In this document: positions 15,925 through 21,482 of the stretch, piece after piece
How the letters are laid out: each line of letters starts with the position of its first letter
How positions within the stretch are numbered: the first letter of the stretch is position 1
Assembly (NCBI GenBank): GCA_038126655.1
Contig: JAYPGD010000006.1
Location: 1-32,433 of the forward strand
Direction of reading: 5' to 3'
Source: Verrucomicrobiales bacterium
Lineage (GTDB): Bacteria > Verrucomicrobiota > Verrucomicrobiia > Limisphaerales > JAYPEY01
DNA length: 32,433 bases
Translations under genes and position numbers: made by a program
Notes under the pieces: model-generated
What the model was told of the DNA's origin: nothing
The model's database searches: none
Seen by the model: the letters and a program-made list of their open reading frames with translations, nothing else

Positions 15925-16812
15925 TCAGTTCGCGAACCCCTGTTGTCGCAGCCAGAAGACGCAGTCCTTTGTCCAGGGGTGACGTTTGGCGGGGTTGTAG
16001 TCGCGACTGCCCAGCGCCACGCCGTGCCTGCCCTCCTGGTAGATATGCAGGTCGAAGGGGACGTTCTTCTCGCGCAGGGCCGAGGCGAACAACAGGGCGT
16101 TTTCCACCGGCACGGCCTGGTCCGCAACGGTATGGAAGATAAAGGTTGGCGGCGTGTTCCGGGTGACCTGTTTCTCGCAGGAGAGTTTGTCGTGCAATGC
16201 TTTGGAAGGGTTGTCGCCCAGCAGGTTTCGACGCGATCCCTTGTGGGTGAACTCGCCCATGCTGATGACCGGATAGCAGAGGACGGCGGCGTCAGGACGG
16301 GAACTGACGCGGTCGATCCTGTCCGGCGCGGACGCATTGCCGGCGTCAAAGAGGGTTGTAGCGGTCGCCGCGAGATGGCCGCCGGCGGAGGTTCCAAGAA
16401 TGCCGATCTTGTCCGGATTCAGCCCCCATTCCTTCGCGTGGGCGCGGACATGCCGGATGGCGCGCTGCGCGTCATTCAACATGGCGGGGTGACGATAGCC
16501 GTGCCGGCCCAGGCGGTAGCGGAGCACGAAGCCGGCGATGCCGCGCTCGTTCAGCCAACGGCCGAAGTGGGTTCCCTCGTAGTCCATCATCAGCGCGCCG
16601 TAGCCGCCTCCGGGGCAGATGATCATGGCGGCGCCGGTTGACTGGGCCTTGTCCGGCCAGAGGGGAATCAGGGAAGGGATGTCGGTCGGCTTGTCGCCCT
16701 TGGCTCCAGGCGCGCCATCCGGCCAGAGGGGAAATTCCGTGGCGGGTCTTTCGGCGGCGGCAAGGCAGACGGGAAGCAGCAGGAGAAGGAGGGCGGTCTG
16801 GAGTTTCTTCAT
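15925..16812 (-). CDS. Secreted alpha/beta hydrolase (esterase, fold-3 / BD-FAE-like)
   Basis: Internal ATG at 16812 (MKKLQTALLLLLLPVCLAAAE signal peptide) chosen, because the track start at 17061 would overlap the upstream gene. Oxyanion region PGGGYG and nucleophile elbow GTSAGGH. Confidence 0.8.
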   Translation of the reverse strand: MKKLQTALLLLLLPVCLAAAERPATEFPLWPDGAPGAKGDKPTDIPSLIPLWPDKAQSTGAAMIICPGGGYGALMMDYEGTHFGRWLNERGIAGFVLRYRLGRHGYRHPAMLNDAQRAIRHVRAHAKEWGLNPDKIGILGTSAGGHLAATATTLFDAGNASAPDRIDRVSSRPDAAVLCYPVISMGEFTHKGSRRNLLGDNPSKALHDKLSCEKQVTRNTPPTFIFHTVADQAVPVENALLFASALREKNVPFDLHIYQEGRHGVALGSRDYNPAKRHPWTKDCVFWLRQQGFAN

Positions 16813-16858
16813 TGCGCCAGATGAAGCCAGAAACCCGGCCAAGGCGCAACCGGAAGGA

Positions 16859-17815
16859 TCAGCGCAGCGCGGCCACGCGGAATTCGTGCACCAGTTTGGG
16901 GCGTTCGCCAGCGCGGACGACCCCGGTAAAGTCCCGTGATTTGCCGCGCACCAGCACGCGGACGACGAAGCGCGTGGGATCGGGCGCGCCGTTGCTGCGG
17001 TAGTGATGCACGAACACGCGATACCGGCCGGCCGGAGCGCCTTTCTCGGGCCAGTAGACATTCTCCACCGGTTTCTGGGTGAGCGGGCGCTGGGCGTTGC
17101 GATCGATGTCGAGTTCGCCGCCGGAACGGACCTTGCGGTTGAGGTAGAAGATCTGGTCGCCGCGCGGATCGAAGACGTGGAGGTCGAGATCGTTCACGTT
17201 GTTCCACATGAGCGAGATGCGGATGTCGCCGGAGCGGGCGCCGGCCGCGGCGAGTCGGGCCTCGAAGCTGTCGCTGAGCATGACGATGTTGGTCATGCGG
17301 GGCAGGTCGGCGAGGGTGAGGCTGCCCATGTTTGCATCCATTTCCATGGGGGAGGAACTGCCGGAGTTCTCCGGCAGGGACATCTCGCCCTCGCCGGCGC
17401 GGGAGACGACCTCGCCGGCCATGGCCGCTTTCTGGTCGTTGCCGGGATTGCGTCGGCGATCCGGATTGCCCATGGCGCCGAACTCGATCGCCTGTTCCTC
17501 CTCGAGGCTGGCGGGGCCGGACATCTGGTTGCCAAAGACCGCGCCCGCGCCGCCGCCGGCTCCAGCGCGCAGGGAGGGGAACAGGATCCAGAGAATCACG
17601 ATGGCCAGCATGATCAGGACAGAGGCGGTGGTGATGGTCTTGTCCTGCCAGGGTTTGCGGTATTCGTCGTTGGGATCGAGGCCGTTGTCCGGCAGCGCGG
17701 CGGAAAGGTCGGTGAACTGCAACGGGACGCCGCAATGGGGGCAGTCGACGACGGTCACGCCGGCCTCGTCAAGGAGGTCGATCAATTGTCCGCAACTGTA
17801 GCAGCACTGTTGCAT
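16859..17815 (-). CDS. Zinc-ribbon / TM / DUF2135 (YfaP)-like domain protein (cluster gene 7)
   Basis: N-terminal CYSCG...CPHCG zinc ribbon. TM ASVLIMLAIVILWILF. C-terminal domain ISLMWNNVNDLDLHVFDPRGDQIFYLNRKVRSGGELDIDRN...GRYRVFVHHY matches the DLDLHV...GG.LD.D signature I associate with DUF2135/YfaP. Confidence 0.75.
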   Translation of the reverse strand: MQQCCYSCGQLIDLLDEAGVTVVDCPHCGVPLQFTDLSAALPDNGLDPNDEYRKPWQDKTITTASVLIMLAIVILWILFPSLRAGAGGGAGAVFGNQMSGPASLEEEQAIEFGAMGNPDRRRNPGNDQKAAMAGEVVSRAGEGEMSLPENSGSSSPMEMDANMGSLTLADLPRMTNIVMLSDSFEARLAAAGARSGDIRISLMWNNVNDLDLHVFDPRGDQIFYLNRKVRSGGELDIDRNAQRPLTQKPVENVYWPEKGAPAGRYRVFVHHYRSNGAPDPTRFVVRVLVRGKSRDFTGVVRAGERPKLVHEFRVAALR

Positions 17816-17821
17816 GGCAGA

Positions 17822-18760
17822 CTAAAGTGGCGGGGGCGGGGGCGCGCCGCCGCCAAATCCCATCATGATGCGGGCGTCGTCTTCCAGCGGCGCCCAGGAG
17901 AGTTCGACGCCGAGGCGGCTGGCCGCTTCCTTGGCGATGTTGAACTGGCCGAAGGAATCGCCATAGACGCGGAAGACCAGATAGGCGTTTCGCGGGAGTT
18001 GTTTGTAGTAGTTCAACAGGCCCCGAAGATTGTTGGAGGGGTCGACGCCCTTGCCGGGGACGGGGCTGAGTTCACGGAGGTCCTGTCCGGCGGTCTGGAG
18101 TTGGATCATGCCGCTGTTGAAGCCGCTGGAGGCTCCTCGAGCGTAGAGTTGCACGGGGTAGATCCGGCCATAGCGGACGAGGATCTCCACGGGTTCCTTG
18201 GAGGTCTCGTGCTCGCGGGGGAGGCGGAGTTTGCGGACCCGTTGATTCATTTCCTGGGTCAGGCGCTTCTGGAGGTCGTCGAGTTCCGCGGCGAGTTCGG
18301 CATTGCGCTTTTGTTCCTCCTCCTCCTGTTTGGCCATCAATTGGTTCTCGGCTTCGCGTTCCTTCTTCATCTGCTCCATCTGCTCGACGGATTCCGCGGT
18401 CTGGACCAGTTCTTCCTGGGCGGTTTGCAGTTCCTTCTTCAAATCGTCGAAGGCGTCGGCGACGTCTTCGCGTCGTTCCAGCAGTTTGATCTGTTCGGAG
18501 CGGCCGGGGTCGCCGAGTTGGGCGGCGAGCTTCTGATTGAAGATTTGCGCCTGGTTCAGCTCCTCCTTCGCCTGTTGCAGCTTCTTCTCCAGCATTTCCT
18601 TCGCCTTGATGTCCGCTTCGGTGACCGTCTTCGCTGTTTCCGAATCACGCGCGATCAAGGAGATCAGCAGCGCGATCAGGATGATGCCGCCAAAGAGGTT
18701 GCACATCGTGTCGAGCAACATCTCAAGACTGTCGGACTGTTCTGGCAGGCGGCGGGGCAT
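17822..18760 (-). CDS. ExbD/TolR/MotB-like protein with coiled-coil spacer (cluster gene 6, paralog of gene 5)
   Basis: N-terminal TM with an embedded Asp (LEMLLDTMCNLFGGIILIALLI, D17). About 150 aa of heptad-like charged helix (EELNQAQ..., KKELQTAQEEL...). C-terminal globular region AYLVFRVYGDSFGQFNIAKEAASRLGVELSWAPLEDD resembles an ExbD-type periplasmic domain. Confidence 0.72.
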   Translation of the reverse strand: MPRRLPEQSDSLEMLLDTMCNLFGGIILIALLISLIARDSETAKTVTEADIKAKEMLEKKLQQAKEELNQAQIFNQKLAAQLGDPGRSEQIKLLERREDVADAFDDLKKELQTAQEELVQTAESVEQMEQMKKEREAENQLMAKQEEEEQKRNAELAAELDDLQKRLTQEMNQRVRKLRLPREHETSKEPVEILVRYGRIYPVQLYARGASSGFNSGMIQLQTAGQDLRELSPVPGKGVDPSNNLRGLLNYYKQLPRNAYLVFRVYGDSFGQFNIAKEAASRLGVELSWAPLEDDARIMMGFGGGAPPPPPL

Positions 18761-18812
18761 GGCGGCGACGGGGCGGAGACCCGTGATGGCAAAGGGTCAA
18801 TGGCAAATGGCT

Positions 18813-18875
18813 GCTGGCTGCTGGTTGCTGGTTGCTGGTTGCTGGTTGCTGGTTGCTGGTTGCTGGTTGCTGGTT
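18813..18875. repeat. Tandem heptanucleotide repeat (GCTGGTT)n
   Basis: One degenerate unit (gctggct) followed by 8 perfect gctggtt units at 18820-18875, in the 153-nt spacer between cluster genes 5 and 6. Confidence 0.95.
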
Positions 18876-18879
18876 GTCC

Positions 18880-18913
18880 GCCTTCGCTCGGAAGCTACGG
18901 CGTGACAAGCTGG
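18880..18913. repeat. GC-rich REP-like element abutting the gene-5 stop codon
   Basis: gccttcgctcggaagctacggcgtgacaagctgg. It shares the core GCTACGGCnnGnCAAGC and the 8-mer gccttcgc with the elements next to tRNA-Ser (10885-10985). Confidence 0.55.
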
Positions 18914-19765
18914 TTACCGGTTTCCTGCGCCTGGCGTGTCTCCGAACATGAGTAGTTTGTCTTCCTCGATGGCGTCGTAGCCCACGGTGAAGCCGGCTTC
19001 AAGGGCCTTGGCCTTGCAAAAATTGAACAAGCGGATGCCGGAGGGGCGGACGTAGAAGACGAGGTGGGCAGCCTGCGGATTCCACTTGCGCATGGCGGTG
19101 AGGAAATCGCCCGGGGCGGTGGAGCCCTTGAATTCCATCTTGGTTTCCGGCGCCGCGAACTTCTCCACACTGGCGCCGTCCTTGGACACGACGATCATGA
19201 GGTTGTCCTTGGTCTGGGGTGTGTTGTCCGGGATCAGCCAGAGTTGGTTCTTGGCGCGGATGATGGATTCCATGCGCTTCTTCATGTCGAGAACGGTGGT
19301 CTGCATGTTCTCGTTCTCGTCCTCGAGTTCGCTCAGGGATTCCTTCTCCTTGTCGTTCTTGGTCAAGCCGAGTTGCGCGGCGAGGGCGGCGGCTTCGAAT
19401 TGCTTGTGCTGGAGTTTCTTCTGCGTGAGTTCCAGTTCGCGTTTCACGTCGCTGACCTGCCGTTTGATGGTGTCGATCTCCTGGTCGAGGCGTTCGGTGT
19501 TCGGCGCGGAGGCGGCGTCGGTGAGCAGCATTTGCCGGGCCTTGTTCTCCGAGTTGACCCGACTCAGTTCCTCCAGGATTTCGTTCAACTCGGTCATCAA
19601 CGGATCCTCCCGTGTGCCGTCGCCCTTGGAGAAGGCGGAGGGATTGTTGATGAAGAGCGTCAGAATGAGTGTGACGAGGATCAGGATGCCGGTGATCGCC
19701 GTAATGATATCCTGAAAGGCAAAGAAACTGACCTTCTGGGCGGCGATTTTGCGACGACGGGCCAT
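18914..19765 (-). CDS. ExbD/TolR/MotB-like protein with coiled-coil spacer (cluster gene 5)
   Basis: N-terminal basic stretch, then a TM with an embedded Asp (FFAFQDIITAITGILILVTLILTLF, D19). Long charged helical region. C-terminal AHLVFYVRPSGIRLFNFCKAKALEAGFTVGYDAIEED aligns with the C-terminus of the 17822-18760 product. Confidence 0.72.
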   Translation of the reverse strand: MARRRKIAAQKVSFFAFQDIITAITGILILVTLILTLFINNPSAFSKGDGTREDPLMTELNEILEELSRVNSENKARQMLLTDAASAPNTERLDQEIDTIKRQVSDVKRELELTQKKLQHKQFEAAALAAQLGLTKNDKEKESLSELEDENENMQTTVLDMKKRMESIIRAKNQLWLIPDNTPQTKDNLMIVVSKDGASVEKFAAPETKMEFKGSTAPGDFLTAMRKWNPQAAHLVFYVRPSGIRLFNFCKAKALEAGFTVGYDAIEEDKLLMFGDTPGAGNR

Positions 19766-19820
19766 GGACGTACAGAGCGTTCAGGTGGTGGAGGCGGGGC
19801 GGGGGGGATGCTGGTGAAAA

Positions 19821-19877
19821 GCTCCAAATCCCAAGCTCCAAATCCCAGACAAATCCCAGGTTCCAAGCTCCAAATGG
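19821..19877. repeat. Short tandem/interspersed repeat (GCTCCAAATCCCAR)
   Basis: gctccaaatcccaa (19821-19834), gctccaaatcccag (19835-19848), the partial copy acaaatcccagg, then gctccaaatgg (19867-19877). It lies in the 190-nt spacer between cluster genes 4 and 5 and is preceded by a G-run (19793-19807). Confidence 0.85.
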
Positions 19878-19955
19878 CGTTGGCGCGCCCCTCTGCGGAG
19901 GGGGGCTGATGAAGGGCGGCGTCGGCGGCCGCTGAAGCTCGGGGTTTTCACGCTT

Positions 19956-20924
19956 TCAGCCTTTTCTTTCGCCCCCTCCGTGGTCCTCATGATCATGCCG
20001 CTCGAGGCGGAGTTTGGACATGATATGGGAGTGGCAGTAGTCGTTGCACTCGTCAAGGAAGGCCGTCTCCTTCTGCTGGATGAAGGTGATGGCAAGCTGG
20101 ATGATCAGGGCCAGCACCAGCGCCACAAGCGTCGTTTCAAACGCCGAGGCCAGGCCGCCTGTGACTTCCTGAAGGCTGCCCTTGATGGCGTTCAGATCGT
20201 CGGAGGATTGCAGGGTGTTGGTGAACCCGCCAATGGCCAGGCTGAGTCCGCGCACCGTGCCGATGAAGCCGATGACCGGGATCGACCACACCATGCCGTT
20301 GACCAATGTGAAGCTGGAAGCCATCTGGTCCTCGTCGTTTTCCGCCTGCGACTTGATGATCGTGGACACCTCGGTGATGCCGCCGAGGTTGCTGAGATTG
20401 CTCAGGGCGCGCTCGATGCGGTTGAACAACACGAAGTGCCGCGGATGGTCGACGAGGTTGTGGATGCGGTTCAGCACGGTCTTGGCCGTGGCCTCGGTGA
20501 TGACGAAGTCGGCCTGCTGGGGCACGGCGGTCAGGTCCAGCGCCTTGGCCTGGAAGGACACCTTGCGCGACTTCAGGAACAGGATGGTGATCGACCAGAA
20601 GAAGAAGAAGGCGCAGGGGCCGGTGAACCAGGTGTTGTCCTTGCGGATCAGCGGCAGGGTGAACTTGTGCGCCGAGTCGATGGGATCGAGCGCGAAGACG
20701 ATCAACGCGAAGAAGGCCGCGGTCAGCGCCATGGCGAGCACGAAGCTCAGGACCTTGTTGACGTTGCTGTAGCGGCCGCCGCGAAAGAAGCCGAAGCGGT
20801 TCTCAATGTCCTGTTCGATCCAGCTCAGGCTCTCGACGCCCTTGGTCGAAATGTCGTCGATGGGCGAGCGTCCCGCTTTGGTTTGTTTCTTTGGTGAAGG
20901 TTCCATTTGTTCATCCGTGTCCAT
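19956..20924 (-). CDS. MotA/TolQ/ExbB-family proton channel protein (cluster gene 4)
   Basis: Four predicted TMs. Family signature IPVIGFIGTVRGL (compare the ExbB/TolQ LGLLGTVxGI) followed by GLASAFETTLVALVLALIIQLAITF (compare GIAEAL..T..GL). 322 aa, with no long C-terminal tail. Confidence 0.88.
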   Translation of the reverse strand: MDTDEQMEPSPKKQTKAGRSPIDDISTKGVESLSWIEQDIENRFGFFRGGRYSNVNKVLSFVLAMALTAAFFALIVFALDPIDSAHKFTLPLIRKDNTWFTGPCAFFFFWSITILFLKSRKVSFQAKALDLTAVPQQADFVITEATAKTVLNRIHNLVDHPRHFVLFNRIERALSNLSNLGGITEVSTIIKSQAENDEDQMASSFTLVNGMVWSIPVIGFIGTVRGLSLAIGGFTNTLQSSDDLNAIKGSLQEVTGGLASAFETTLVALVLALIIQLAITFIQQKETAFLDECNDYCHSHIMSKLRLERHDHEDHGGGERKG

Positions 20925-20933
20925 CCGTGGTTG

Positions 20934-21482
20934 CTACTTCATGGCAAAGCCGCGGCCGTCGCGCCAGACGAAGATGACTTCGATGGCGGGCCAGAAGCCG
21001 AGCCAGAGGGTGGTCCAGCCGAGTGATACGAAGGTGAGCGCAATCGCAATCTGCAGGGCGCCGATCAGCCAACGGCTCGCGTAGAGGTTGTGCAATCCCA
21101 AACCGACGCCCGCGTAGACCAAGGCTGCGGGGGCTTCGGCGGCGGCGAACAAGGCGATGATCAGGCTGAGCGCGGGATAAAGCAGGCCGACCGTCGCGTA
21201 GGCCATGCGCCAGCGGCGGGAAAGTCCTCGGGCCGCGGCGGTCGTTGCGGCTTCCTCTTCAGCTTCCGGCGTGGGAAGGACAATCGCCTTTCGTTTGAGC
21301 GCGCGGGAGATCTTGCCGGTGGCGTCGATGAATTCCCGGAGTGTGACCCAGCTGCCTTCATGCTGGATCTCGTGCCAGAGGCCGATTTCGTGCGCGTCCA
21401 GCCTTTCCTCAATGTCCGCAATGCTGAAGTCGCCGGTCTCCCGGCCGCGCCAGCGCATCGGATAGGTGGGCGTATCGGTCAT
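20934..21482 (-). CDS. GYF_2 (DUF4339)-like domain protein with four TM helices (cluster gene 3)
   Basis: ATG at 21482 overlaps the upstream stop (ATGA). The N-terminal W-x-G...G-FS...L...I...W-x-L-EF pattern (MRWRGRETGDFSIADIEERLDAHEIGLWHEIQHEGSWVTLREFI) is typical of bacterial GYF_2 domains. Four hydrophobic helices follow. Confidence 0.72.
   Translation of the reverse strand: MTDTPTYPMRWRGRETGDFSIADIEERLDAHEIGLWHEIQHEGSWVTLREFIDATGKISRALKRKAIVLPTPEAEEEAATTAAARGLSRRWRMAYATVGLLYPALSLIIALFAAAEAPAALVYAGVGLGLHNLYASRWLIGALQIAIALTFVSLGWTTLWLGFWPAIEVIFVWRDGRGFAMK

Noticed and set aside
15925-16812. Esterase as an eighth member of the MotA-centred cluster.
   Set aside because: It is co-oriented and only 46 nt downstream, but it is a generic secreted alpha/beta hydrolase with its own signal peptide and no obvious functional link. 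Membership cannot be decided without neighbourhood conservation data.
18813-18875. Possible CRISPR array.
   Set aside because: It is a contiguous 7-bp tandem repeat with no spacers. The unit is far too short and no cas genes are present.
17003-18955. 650-aa plus-strand ORF, with similar long antisense ORFs at 19064-19909, 19980-20897, 21494-22147, 22958-24061, 25195-26391 and 26868-28460.
   Set aside because: All lie antisense to ORFs that have recognisable motifs or sensible TM and domain organisation. Their translations are Gly/Arg/Ala/Asp-rich with no motifs, which is typical of shadow ORFs in high-GC DNA.
17822-20924. Classical Zorya (ZorAB) defence system.
   Set aside because: The MotA-like protein is only 322 aa and lacks the long ZorA C-terminal tail. 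The B-like subunits lack a peptidoglycan-binding domain. No ZorC/D/E/F/G-like genes are visible. A distant functional analogy is kept as a hypothesis only.
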